The translations under genes were made by a program, and so were the position numbers. This document shows, one piece after another, positions 1-8,711 of a stretch of 64,000 nucleotides of DNA. The notes under the pieces were generated by a model. It did no database searches. It was given only the letters and a program-made list of their open reading frames with translations, and was not told where the DNA came from. The stretch lies in the NCBI GenBank assembly GCA_964556925.1, contig CAZKXY010000002.1:1953-65952 (forward strand), written 5' to 3'. This stretch comes from an uncultured Planctomycetales bacterium. GTDB taxonomy: Bacteria > Omnitrophota > Gorgyraeia > Aquiviventales > Aquiviventaceae. How positions within the stretch are numbered: position 1 is the stretch's first letter; each line of letters opens with the position of its first letter.

Positions 1-522
1 TCGACGCCTGAGGTGACGCGGCGGTGCCTGGAGTCGGGCATGGCGCTGTATTGGTGGAACCCGATGGTGGATGACGTCGACCGCCCGGACAGCGTCACGA
101 AGCGGCTCTATCAGATGAACCGGGCCCCCTGCATGGCGAGCGGGGGCAATGTCGGCACCGCGGCCTGGATGGTCGCGAGCCAGCTGCTGCGCAAGCGCGA
201 GGTCGCGGTGGTGGGGATGGATCTGGGCTACGCGCCCGGCACCCCCCTCGAGAAGACGCAATACTATCCCGAGCTGCGGGAGCTCTTCGGCGACCGGCTG
301 CAGGAGGCGATCATCCCGGTCGAGAATCCTTACCTGCGGGAGACGTGGTTCGCCGATCCGGCGTACTACTGGTACCGGGAACTGTTCCTGCAGATGGCCG
401 CGCAGGCGCGGTGCGTGACCGTGAATTGCACGGGGGGTGGGATCCTGTTCGGGCAGTCGGTGCGCTGGATGCCGCTGGGGGAGTTTCTCGCGAGCCGTTG
501 TCCGGCGAGCGTGGCGTCGTGA
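1..522 (+). CDS. DUF115/MptE-like (Maf-type) protein, C-terminal part; 5' end outside window
   Basis: Frame 1 is open from nt 1 to the stop at 520-522. GGNVGTAAWMVASQLLRKREVAVVGMDLGY resembles the conserved core of DUF115 / motility-accessory-factor-like proteins found in nonulosonic-acid loci. Family assignment is by eye only. Confidence 0.45.
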   Translation, partial: STPEVTRRCLESGMALYWWNPMVDDVDRPDSVTKRLYQMNRAPCMASGGNVGTAAWMVASQLLRKREVAVVGMDLGYAPGTPLEKTQYYPELRELFGDRLQEAIIPVENPYLRETWFADPAYYWYRELFLQMAAQARCVTVNCTGGGILFGQSVRWMPLGEFLASRCPASVAS

Positions 523-525
523 CCG

Positions 526-2130
526 ATGGCGAAGGTGCTGTTCGTGAATCCGCTGATTCGGGAGGAGGACGACCCCAAGCACGTCCCCATCGGCCTGGCC
601 CTGATGGCGGCCGTCGCCATGCGCCAGGGACACCGCGTGCAGGTCTACGACGCGAATGCCTGGCGGCTCGGGGATGAGGCGCTCATCGAGGCGCTGCGCG
701 CGGACCGGTGGGATGCCGTCGCCACCGGCTCGATCACTACGGCGTACGGGTACATCAAGAAGATCGTGCAGTTCGCCAAAGCGCATGCGCCGCAGGCGGT
801 CGTCATCCTCGGGGGCGGCGTCCTCACGAGCATGCCCATCGAGATCATGACCTTGCTGCCCCAGGTCGATGTCGGGGTGGTGGGGGAGGCGTTCGTGACG
901 TTTCCGGAGCTGCTCGCCAAGGTGGACCAGGGGGATCACGACTGGTCCGTCATCCAGGGGGTCGCCTACCGCGACGCCGCGGGGCAGATCCAATTGACCG
1001 ACATCCGGCCGCTCATCAGCATGCAGGAGATGGACCGGCTGCCCTATCCCGCCTGGGAGCTGTTCCCGCAGGACATCTACTGGAAGAACAGCAAGCTGCT
1101 CTACAGCGAGGAGAACTTCACGGCCAAGCGCCGGCTCGACATCAACACGAGCTACGGCTGCTCGCTGATCTGCCGCTTCTGCTACCACCTGGGCATCGCG
1201 GGGGACCTCAGCTACACGAAGAACGAGCATGGCCAGACCGATGTGGAGTTCACCTACAAGCGCGACATCCGCTGGCACAGCGCACGCTACGTCGTGGACA
1301 TGGTGAAGTACGCCCGGGACCGGTTCGGCATCGACTTCGTGCTCTTCCTGGACGAAAACCTCATGACGATGAATTCGTACAGCCACTGGAAGTGGCTGCC
1401 GGAGATCGCCGACCTGTGGATCAAGGAAGGGCTCCAGCCCATCTGCCGCCGGCAGAAGCGCCCGCACGACGCCAGGTGCAAAGGCATCCACTGGGGCGGA
1501 ACCAGCCACGCCACGCTGGTGCGCCAGGACCTCCTGGGCCTGCTCTATGAGTCGGGCTGCAGCCAGCTCTGCTACGGCTACGAGTCGTTTTCCGACCGGA
1601 TCCTGAAAAACCTCGGCAAGGGCACGACCGCCGCGCTCAATGAGCGCTCGCTGAAGTGGACGATCGACGCCGGGATCCGCCCCATCCCGAACCAGATCAT
1701 CGGGTTCCCGGATGAGTTCTTCGACAGCATCCGGGACAGCGTCGCCGCGTGGGAGCGGATGGGGATCAACGTCGTGCCGTTCTTCGCCACGCCGTACCCC
1801 GGCTCCGAGTGGTACTACACCTACAAGGACCGGATCCTCGAGCAGTACCAGGGGGATCTGGAGGCGTTTCTCCTCGACCTCGGTGACGCGACCAAGATCA
1901 CCGCGGTCATCAGCGAGAACTTCAATGCGGTGGAGCTGCTCGGGCTGCGCGAGCTCATGGTGCACCGCGATCTCAAGCGGATCAACGAGTATGAACAGCA
2001 ATGGCGCACGCGGCACGGGGAGCCGTTCATCCCGGATTTCCGGCGGTTCCCCCGGGTGCCGGCGAAGCAGCTCCGGGTGCTGCAGGAGCAGACGGCCACG
2101 CCGCCGGCTGCCGTTGCGGTGACAGGATGA
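526..2130 (+). CDS. B12-binding-domain radical SAM enzyme (class B, no. 1)
   Basis: N-terminal Rossmann-like cobalamin-domain pattern (KVLFVNP...PIGLALMAAVAMRQGHRVQVYDAN) followed by the CX3CX2C cluster motif YGCSLICRFCYH. The ATG lies 4 nt after the upstream stop. Confidence 0.85.
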   Translation: MAKVLFVNPLIREEDDPKHVPIGLALMAAVAMRQGHRVQVYDANAWRLGDEALIEALRADRWDAVATGSITTAYGYIKKIVQFAKAHAPQAVVILGGGVLTSMPIEIMTLLPQVDVGVVGEAFVTFPELLAKVDQGDHDWSVIQGVAYRDAAGQIQLTDIRPLISMQEMDRLPYPAWELFPQDIYWKNSKLLYSEENFTAKRRLDINTSYGCSLICRFCYHLGIAGDLSYTKNEHGQTDVEFTYKRDIRWHSARYVVDMVKYARDRFGIDFVLFLDENLMTMNSYSHWKWLPEIADLWIKEGLQPICRRQKRPHDARCKGIHWGGTSHATLVRQDLLGLLYESGCSQLCYGYESFSDRILKNLGKGTTAALNERSLKWTIDAGIRPIPNQIIGFPDEFFDSIRDSVAAWERMGINVVPFFATPYPGSEWYYTYKDRILEQYQGDLEAFLLDLGDATKITAVISENFNAVELLGLRELMVHRDLKRINEYEQQWRTRHGEPFIPDFRRFPRVPAKQLRVLQEQTATPPAAVAVTG

Positions 2131-2567
2131 AGCTGGATCATCTCGGGGTGGCGGTCGAACGGCTGGAGGCCAGCCTGGCGTACTACCGGGAAGACCTGGG
2201 CTATTCCTGGGATGGCATCATTCTGGTCGATCCGCTCCAGCAGGCACGAGCGGCGTTTGTCCGCCCGCCTGAGGGGGGGATCCGGTTTGAGCTGCTGGAG
2301 CCGATCGGTCCGGATTCTCCGCTGGCCGGCTGGCTGAAGCGCCGGACGAGATTCTTCCATGTGTGCTATCTGGTGGACAATCTCCCCCAGGCGCTCGAGC
2401 GGTTCGTGGCGCAGGGCAGCCGCGTCGTGTCCGAGCCGAAGCCGGCCGTGGCGTTTCAGGGGCGTTGCGTCGCGTTTGTGTTTACCAGGGACCGGGAACT
2501 CATCGAGCTGGCCGAAGCGGCTACCGCGCCAGCCGTGTCGCAGGAGGCGGTGCATGGACGAGGTTGA
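2127..2567 (+). CDS. VOC-family (glyoxalase / methylmalonyl-CoA-epimerase-like) protein
   Basis: MKLDHLGVAVERLEASLAYY... and FHVCYLVDNL are typical VOC beta-alpha-beta-beta-beta module signatures. The ATG at 2127 forms an ATGA overlap with the upstream stop. The ORF-track start at 2001 is rejected because it lies inside the preceding gene. Confidence 0.75.
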   Translation: MKLDHLGVAVERLEASLAYYREDLGYSWDGIILVDPLQQARAAFVRPPEGGIRFELLEPIGPDSPLAGWLKRRTRFFHVCYLVDNLPQALERFVAQGSRVVSEPKPAVAFQGRCVAFVFTRDRELIELAEAATAPAVSQEAVHGRG

Positions 2568-2814
2568 ACAGCGGGTTCAGCCGGGGCTGGAACAGCGGCT
2601 GCAGGCGGTCTTTCAGTCCGTGTTCCATTTGAGCGGGGCGCCGCTACAGGATGACTGGGGGCCCGGCACGCTGGAGGGCTGGGACTCGATGGGGCACCTC
2701 ACCTTGCTGGCCGCCCTGGAGCAGGAGTTCAAGATCAAGTTGGAGATGGACGACCTCATCGCGATGGACAGCGTCAAGGCGATCAAGGAACTGCTGGTCA
2801 AGAAAGAGGTCTGA
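2554..2814 (+). CDS. acyl carrier protein
   Basis: 86 aa. LEGWDSMGHLTLLAALEQEF contains the phosphopantetheine-attachment DS(M/L) motif in helix-II context. The ATG at 2554 overlaps the VOC gene by 14 nt. Confidence 0.8.
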   Translation: MDEVEQRVQPGLEQRLQAVFQSVFHLSGAPLQDDWGPGTLEGWDSMGHLTLLAALEQEFKIKLEMDDLIAMDSVKAIKELLVKKEV

Positions 2815-2816
2815 AG

Positions 2817-4355
2817 TTGTTGATCACCGATTGGATCTGCAGCGCCCGTGCGCGCCAGCCGTCCGCGCCGGCCATCATCGATGGCGAGCGCTGTTTCACC
2901 TATGAGGCGTGCGCCCGTGAGATCGCGAAGCTGGCCTGGGCGCTGAAGGGCCGCGTGCCGGCCGGGGCACGGGTGGGGCTCCTGATGGGCAATTGCGCCG
3001 AGCTGCTCTTCGCCCAGTATGCGGTGGTCAGCCTCGGCGCCATCGCCGTGCCGATCAACGTCGCCCTCCATGCGCAGAGGGTGGAGGAGATCCTGCGTGA
3101 TGCCGGGGTCAGCGTGGTGCTCGCGCAGGATCGGGCGCTGCGCCGGTATCAGGCGGTGCTGGAAGCGTGCCCGGACATTGCGTTGGTGGTGCAGGACGGG
3201 CGGGAGGCGGCGCTCGGCAAGGAGACGGCGTTGTGGGACACCCTGGAGGAACGCGCCGACTTCGAGCCGCGCAGGGATGTCAGCGAGCAGGCGACGGCGC
3301 TCATCCTGTACACCACCGGCACGACCGGCCGGCAAAAGGGGGTGGAGTTGACCCACGCCAACTTGATGGCGGCAACCCGCAACATCAACGAGGTGATGGG
3401 CCTCACGGAAGGCGAGCGGGAGGTCGTCTCGCTGCCGTTGACGCATTCGTTTGGCCTGGGACGGACGCGGTGCCTCTTGGAGACGCGAAGCACGGTGATC
3501 ATCGAGTCCGGGTTGGACCGGCCGGACAAGGTGCTCTCGAGCTGCCTGCGCCATCAGGCGACCGGGCTGGCGTCGGTGCCGGCGGGGTTTGCCATCTTTC
3601 TGTCGCGGTATGCTGACCTGCTGAACCAATGCGCTGGCTTCTTGCGGTACGTGGAGATCGGCAGCGCCCCCATGCCGCTGGCGCACAAGCGGGCCTTGAT
3701 GGAGGCGCTGCCGCGCACCCGGCTGTTCATGCACTACGGGCTGACTGAAGCCTCCCGGTCGGCGTTCATCGAATTCCATGCCGAGCCGGACCGGCTGGAG
3801 TCGGTAGGCAAGCCAGCGGTCAACGTGTCTATCAAGGTGGCGGATGACCAAGGACGCGCCGTGCCGCCTGGCCAGGTCGGGACGATCTGGATCGCCAGCG
3901 ACACGGTCATGAAGGGGTACTGGAACCGGCCGGAGGACACGGCGCGCGCGCTGGTGGACAGCTGGCTGATGACCGGCGACCTCGGATCGCTGGATGAGCA
4001 GGGCTATCTGACGCTCTGGGGCAGGACCCAGGACCTCATCAATGTGGGCGGGTACAAGGTACTCGCACGCGAGGTCGAAGACGTGCTGACGGGCCACCCG
4101 CGCGTGGAGGAATCCGCGGTGGTGGGGGTGCGGGATCCCTTGGAGATTTCGGGCGAGGTCGTGAAAGCGTTTGTCGTCCGGAAGGACGACGGGGTGTCGG
4201 CGGAGGAGCTGAAGCGCCATTGCCTCAAGCATCTGGAGCCGTGGAAGGTGCCCGCCATCGTGAGCTTCGTGCCCCGGCTACCGAAGACCGGCTCAGGCAA
4301 GGTCCAGAAGCAGCTGCTGGCCGACGCACTCGATGCCATGGCGAGGGCGGCATGA
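2817..4355 (+). CDS. ANL-superfamily acyl-CoA/acyl-ACP ligase (AMP-forming)
   Basis: AMP-binding core LILYTTGTTGRQKGVELTHANL, hinge TGDLG, and C-terminal catalytic Lys motif PKTGSGKVQK. TTG start 2 nt after the ACP stop. Confidence 0.85.
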   Translation: MLITDWICSARARQPSAPAIIDGERCFTYEACAREIAKLAWALKGRVPAGARVGLLMGNCAELLFAQYAVVSLGAIAVPINVALHAQRVEEILRDAGVSVVLAQDRALRRYQAVLEACPDIALVVQDGREAALGKETALWDTLEERADFEPRRDVSEQATALILYTTGTTGRQKGVELTHANLMAATRNINEVMGLTEGEREVVSLPLTHSFGLGRTRCLLETRSTVIIESGLDRPDKVLSSCLRHQATGLASVPAGFAIFLSRYADLLNQCAGFLRYVEIGSAPMPLAHKRALMEALPRTRLFMHYGLTEASRSAFIEFHAEPDRLESVGKPAVNVSIKVADDQGRAVPPGQVGTIWIASDTVMKGYWNRPEDTARALVDSWLMTGDLGSLDEQGYLTLWGRTQDLINVGGYKVLAREVEDVLTGHPRVEESAVVGVRDPLEISGEVVKAFVVRKDDGVSAEELKRHCLKHLEPWKVPAIVSFVPRLPKTGSGKVQKQLLADALDAMARAA

Positions 4356-5560
4356 TCGGCGCAGCCCTCGAACGCGAGCGGCTGCCGGCCGCTGGACTGG
4401 ATGCCATCCGGTGGCTGGTGCCGCGCCTGGTCCTGCCTCGACATGTCTGTTTTCGAGCCGGGTCGTTATCGATGCTGAAGCAGCTTGGCGCCCGCCGCGC
4501 GTTCGTGATCACTGGCCCTTCCTCGGCCAGGGCCTCTGGCGCCCTGGACAAGGTGCTCGGCCATGTGGTGAGCGGCGGGGGCGAGGCGGTCTGTTATGAC
4601 CGGATCGCCGGGGAGCCGACGTGGTCCAGGATTCGCGAAGGGGTGGAGGCCATGCGGGCGGCTGGACCGGACTGGATCATCGGGATCGGCGGGGGCTCGG
4701 TGCTGGATGCGGCCAAGCTCATGTATGCGTGGTACGAGCACCCTGCGCTGGAGCCGGCGGCCTGCGCGCGGCCCTTCAGCATCCCGCCGCTGCCGCGCCG
4801 CAGCCGGCTGGGGCTGATCCCGACCACCGCCGGCACGGGGTCCGAGGTGAGCTGCTCGGCCATCGTCCAGAATAGCGAGCGGCGGATCAAAGAGATCATC
4901 GTGTCGCACGAGCTGTTGCCGGATGTCGCGCTCCTGGACCCCTTGCTGACCGTCAGCCTGCCGGCGCCCATGACGGCCGCGACCGGGATGGATGCGTTGA
5001 CGCACGCCATCGAAGCCTTCGTGTCCCTGGCGCACAACCCGTTCACGGATGCGTGCGCCGCGGCGGCGGTGCGCCTCATCCTGTGCCACTTGCCGCCGGC
5101 CGTCCAGGATGGCAGCCGCCTGGAGGCGCGCGATGGCATGCTCCACGCCGCCTGCCTGGCCGGCATCGCCCAGAGCAATGTGTCTGTCGGGCTCGTCCAT
5201 GCGATCGCGCACAAGCTGGGGGCGATGGCGATGAGCCCGCTCCCGCACGGGGTGCTCAACAGCCTGATGCTGCTTCCGGTGATGCGGTTCAACGCCCAGG
5301 CGCAGCCCGGGCGGTACGAGGCGCTGGCCGTCGCATCCGGCTTCAGCGGATTCGAAGCGCTGGTGTCCGCGATCGAGCGCCTCCAGCAGGGGGCGCGGAT
5401 GCCCCGGCGCCTGAGCGCGGCCGCGCCGGCAGAGGAGCTGCTGGGACGCATGGACGAGCTCTGCCGGGACATCCTGGCGGATCCGTGCGCGCGGACCAAC
5501 CCGCGGTGCGCTTCGGCGGAGGACATCGCGCGGCTGCTCGAAGCCGCGCTGGCGGAGTGA
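4352..5560 (+). CDS. iron-containing (group III) alcohol dehydrogenase
   Basis: GIGGGSVLDAAKLM (GGGSxxD NAD motif) and metal-His region DALTHAIEAF. The ATG at 4352 forms an ATGA overlap with the ligase stop. Confidence 0.8.
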   Translation: MIGAALERERLPAAGLDAIRWLVPRLVLPRHVCFRAGSLSMLKQLGARRAFVITGPSSARASGALDKVLGHVVSGGGEAVCYDRIAGEPTWSRIREGVEAMRAAGPDWIIGIGGGSVLDAAKLMYAWYEHPALEPAACARPFSIPPLPRRSRLGLIPTTAGTGSEVSCSAIVQNSERRIKEIIVSHELLPDVALLDPLLTVSLPAPMTAATGMDALTHAIEAFVSLAHNPFTDACAAAAVRLILCHLPPAVQDGSRLEARDGMLHAACLAGIAQSNVSVGLVHAIAHKLGAMAMSPLPHGVLNSLMLLPVMRFNAQAQPGRYEALAVASGFSGFEALVSAIERLQQGARMPRRLSAAAPAEELLGRMDELCRDILADPCARTNPRCASAEDIARLLEAALAE

Positions 5561-7983
5561 TGGACTCGATCGAGGCCTTGTTGAGGCAGCCGCCGTTTGC
5601 GGCCGGTCCGGAGGAGAAAACGGCGCTGTTGGTGCCCGCGGTCCAGGCGGCGCTGCAACGTCATTACGAGCATTGCGCCGCCTTCAGGACCGTGTGCGAC
5701 ACGCGCAGGTTCGCGCCTGCGCGCGGTGTCTCTGATCTTGCCGCGATCCCGTATCTGCCGGCGCAGTTCTTCAAGCAGATGGCGCTCAGCACGAACGACG
5801 GGGGCGGGCCGACCGTGACGCTGCGGTCCAGTGCGACGACCTCCGGGGTCCCGAGCCAGATCGTCGTGGACGCCGTGACGGCCAGGCGGCACAAGCTCGC
5901 CGTGGTGTCGGTCCTCAAGAGTTACCTGGGGCCGGAGCGCCTGCCGTTCGTGGTGTTTGACGCCGACCCGTCGTTGCAGGGGCTGGCGCCCTCATCGCTT
6001 ACCGCGCGGGGGGCGGCGATCCGAGGGTTCCTCCTGGCCGCCAACGCGGTGGACTATGTGATGGTCGAAGAGGGGGAGGGCGGCCTCCGGCTGGACACAG
6101 AGCGGCTCGGGCGGACCCTGGCCCAATTCGGAGACGGCGAGCGGATGTGTCTCTTTGGCTTCACCGCACCCCTGTACCAGGCCATGCGCCAGGTCCTGGA
6201 AGGGAGCATGCGGTACTGGCTGCCGCAGGCGACGGTGCTGCATATCGGCGGCTGGAAGAAGCTGCAGCAGCAGGCCGTGACGAAATCCGCGTTCGCCGCG
6301 CTCATGGGCGAGACGGTTGGCGTGCCGCCCGACCGGGTGATCGACGTGTACGGATTCACCGAGCAGATCGGCATGATCTACCCGGACTGCGAGCAGGGGG
6401 TCAAGCATGCCCCGGTGTTCGCCGAGGTCATCGTGCGCGATCCGCGCACGCTCCAGCTGGCGGACGACGGCCAGGAGGGGCTGCTGCAGTTCATCTTCCC
6501 CGTCCCGCACAGCTACCCCGGGGTGTCGGTCATCACGGATGACGTGGGCCGGATTGTTGGGAGAGACCGGTGCGGCTGCGGGCGCCGCGGCACCGCCTTT
6601 GTCGTCTTGGGACGCGCGCCGGCGGCCGAGCCGCGCGGGTGCGGAGACCTGGCCCCGGCGCCTGCGGCGCTCGGGCCGCGTGACGCCATGGCGAGGCATG
6701 CCTTGTCGCAGGCCACGACTGAGCGCGAGCTCGCGCTCGACGAGCTGATCCAGGAGCTGCGCCGACACGCCGACGCGGTCCATGCGCTGGAGAGCGACCA
6801 GATCCTCGGCCTGCTCGGCGAGCTGCGCCGCGTCCTGGCTGACCCCGCCCACCCGCTGCACCAGCAGCTGCGGCCGCTCGGGCTGCCGTTCCTCTTGCGC
6901 TGGCTCGCGCCTGAGCGGCTTGCAGCCCAGTTGGATCTCGCGATGCACGGCACGCGCCGCTATCTGGATGCCTTTTTGCCGTCCGGGGACCGGCTGCTCC
7001 ATGCGCAGCCGCGCGGGCTCGTGGTGCACTGGATCGCCGGGAATGTGCCGCTCCTAGGCGTGTTCTCGCTCGTGCAGGCCTGGCTGACGAAAAACGTCAG
7101 CCTGATCAAGGTGCCGGCCGACTGGCCGGGCGTGATCCCCGCGCTGCTGGATACACTCTCGCAGGTGACGTATCTCGCGGCGGACGGCCGGGCGACCTCC
7201 GGGGTGGCGCTCGCGCGCGGCGCGGCGGCACTGTATGTCGATCGCGATGACCGCGCCGCCCAGGAAACACTCTCTCTGGCGGCGGATGCGCGGGTGGCGT
7301 GGGGCGGCCGCGAGGCCATTGAAGCGATCCAGGCGCTGCCGAAGGTGCCCGGCGTGGAAGACATCCTGTTCGGGCCCAAGTACTCGTACATGGTGATCGG
7401 CAGGGAACGTCTGGCGGCAGGGGCCGGGGTGCTCGACCTGGCCACGCGCGCCGCGTTCGACGTCTGCCTCTTCGACCAGCAGGGGTGCAACTCGCCGCAC
7501 ACCATCTTCGTCGAGCGGGGCGGGGCGGTGAGCCCCCGCGAGTTCGCCGCCAGGCTGGCCGAGGCCATGGAGCGGGTGTGCGCCACGATTCCGAAGGCTC
7601 CGCCCAGTCCGCAGGACGTCTCACGCCTGCTCACGCTGCGGGCGACGTATGACGTGCGCGGCCTCGCGCATTACTCCCCGGGGCCGGAGTGGACGGTGCT
7701 GTATGGGGAGGATGACGAGGGGTTGGCCGAGGCGTGCGGCGGCCGCGTGGCGTTCGTCCGGCCGATCGCGGACGCGATGGATGCGGCCGAGCTGGCCAGC
7801 CGGCGCACCCAATCGATCGGCGTGGCGTTGGACCACAGCCGCCGGATCGCGTTTGCCGAGCGGGCCACGTGGGGCGGGGCCGAACGCTGTCCCCCCGTCG
7901 GCGAGATGAGCCATTACGAATCGCCTTGGGACGGGGTCTTCATGATGGACCGGCTCGTGCGGTGGGTGACGACCTATGCGTAA
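5560..7983 (+). CDS. fused LuxE-like acyl-protein synthetase / LuxC-like acyl-CoA (acyl-ACP) reductase
   Basis: The N-terminal ~370 aa (QPPFAAGPEEKTALLVPAVQAALQRHYEHCAAFRTVC, SSATTSGVPSQIVVD, VIDVYGFTEQ, GCGRRGT) looks LuxE-like. The C-terminal ~430 aa (HWIAGNVPLLGVFSLVQAWLTKNVSLIKVP, FDQQGCNSPHTIFVE) looks LuxC-like. It is one uninterrupted frame. The ATG at 5560 shares 1 nt with the upstream TGA. Confidence 0.7.
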   Translation: MDSIEALLRQPPFAAGPEEKTALLVPAVQAALQRHYEHCAAFRTVCDTRRFAPARGVSDLAAIPYLPAQFFKQMALSTNDGGGPTVTLRSSATTSGVPSQIVVDAVTARRHKLAVVSVLKSYLGPERLPFVVFDADPSLQGLAPSSLTARGAAIRGFLLAANAVDYVMVEEGEGGLRLDTERLGRTLAQFGDGERMCLFGFTAPLYQAMRQVLEGSMRYWLPQATVLHIGGWKKLQQQAVTKSAFAALMGETVGVPPDRVIDVYGFTEQIGMIYPDCEQGVKHAPVFAEVIVRDPRTLQLADDGQEGLLQFIFPVPHSYPGVSVITDDVGRIVGRDRCGCGRRGTAFVVLGRAPAAEPRGCGDLAPAPAALGPRDAMARHALSQATTERELALDELIQELRRHADAVHALESDQILGLLGELRRVLADPAHPLHQQLRPLGLPFLLRWLAPERLAAQLDLAMHGTRRYLDAFLPSGDRLLHAQPRGLVVHWIAGNVPLLGVFSLVQAWLTKNVSLIKVPADWPGVIPALLDTLSQVTYLAADGRATSGVALARGAAALYVDRDDRAAQETLSLAADARVAWGGREAIEAIQALPKVPGVEDILFGPKYSYMVIGRERLAAGAGVLDLATRAAFDVCLFDQQGCNSPHTIFVERGGAVSPREFAARLAEAMERVCATIPKAPPSPQDVSRLLTLRATYDVRGLAHYSPGPEWTVLYGEDDEGLAEACGGRVAFVRPIADAMDAAELASRRTQSIGVALDHSRRIAFAERATWGGAERCPPVGEMSHYESPWDGVFMMDRLVRWVTTYA

Positions 7984-8698
7984 TCAGTTCCGGTGCCAGG
8001 CACCTCGCCTCCGGCGAGGAGCCAGGCACCGGCGCGAGATTGTGATCGTCGGGGCGGGCGGATTGGGCAAGGAAATCCTCCAGTACGCGAAGGATTTCTG
8101 CGCGGCGACCAGCGGCTACCGCGTGAAGGGCTTTGTCGATCGCGACCCGCTGCGGCAGGGGACCGATCACTGCGGCTATCCGGTCGTCGGGGCTGACGAC
8201 GGGTGCGCGATCGGGGCGCACGACGTGTATCTCCTCGCGCTCGGGACGCCGGAGGGAAGGAAACAGGCGGTGGAGGCGTTGCAGGCGCGGGGCGCGGCCT
8301 TTTTGACGCTGGTGCACCCGTTGGCCTCTGTGGCGCCGTCGGCCGAGGTGAGAACCGGCTCCGTGATCTGCCCCTTTGCCTACGTGGGTCCCGATGCCGT
8401 CGTGGAGGAATACGTGCTCGTGAACCTCTATGCCAGCTGCGGCCATGACGTTCGGATCGGCAGGTATGCCGTCCTCGGCCCCTACGTCTGCACGAACGGC
8501 CACGCCGCCATCGAGGAGGAGGTGTTCCTGGCCACCCATGCCACGGTCACCGTGGGCAAGCGCGTCGGCCGCGGGTCCAAAGTGTCGGCCGGGGCCGTGG
8601 TCACGCAGGATGTGCCGCCCCATGTGCTCGCCGCAGGCAACCCGGTGAGGTGGCGGGAGTTGGAAGCGATGCAAGCGGTGTGGAAGCAGGACCGATGA
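7976..8698 (+). CDS. NeuD/PglB/LegH-family sugar N-acetyltransferase (hexapeptide repeat)
   Basis: N-terminal Rossmann-like EIVIVGAGGLGKEILQYA followed by left-handed beta-helix hexapeptide repeats (GRYAVLGPYVCTNGHAAIEEEVFLATHATVTVGKRVGRGSKVSAGAVV). Confidence 0.75.
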   Translation: MRNQFRCQAPRLRRGARHRREIVIVGAGGLGKEILQYAKDFCAATSGYRVKGFVDRDPLRQGTDHCGYPVVGADDGCAIGAHDVYLLALGTPEGRKQAVEALQARGAAFLTLVHPLASVAPSAEVRTGSVICPFAYVGPDAVVEEYVLVNLYASCGHDVRIGRYAVLGPYVCTNGHAAIEEEVFLATHATVTVGKRVGRGSKVSAGAVVTQDVPPHVLAAGNPVRWRELEAMQAVWKQDR

Positions 8699-8711
8699 GT
8701 CAGGTGGTGCC

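Noticed and set aside
2613-4232. Long minus-strand ORFs throughout the window. Examples: 2613-4232, 4594-5892, 10798-12210, 13467-14819, 16994-18397, 20372-22858, 32725-33840, 38766-40157, 40379-41704, 49327-50820, 51225-53333, 58570-60102, 61017-62465 and 62565-63686.
   Set aside because: Each lies antisense to a + strand gene that has clear catalytic motifs. Their translations are Arg/Pro/Gly/Ala/His-rich with no recognisable motifs. That is the expected stop-poor shadow frame of high-GC coding DNA.
5053-5559. N-terminal extensions in the ORF track. Examples: 2001, 2359, 4220, 5053, 9212, 18229, 26247, 28231, 29361, 33575, 34730, 36597, 37049, 37720, 40280, 40930, 50895, 57696, 58579 and 61527.
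   Set aside because: The extensions run back through the preceding, well-supported gene in another frame and are low-complexity. In each case a start codon placed at or next to the upstream stop (often ATGA) immediately precedes the conserved N-terminal motif of the family.
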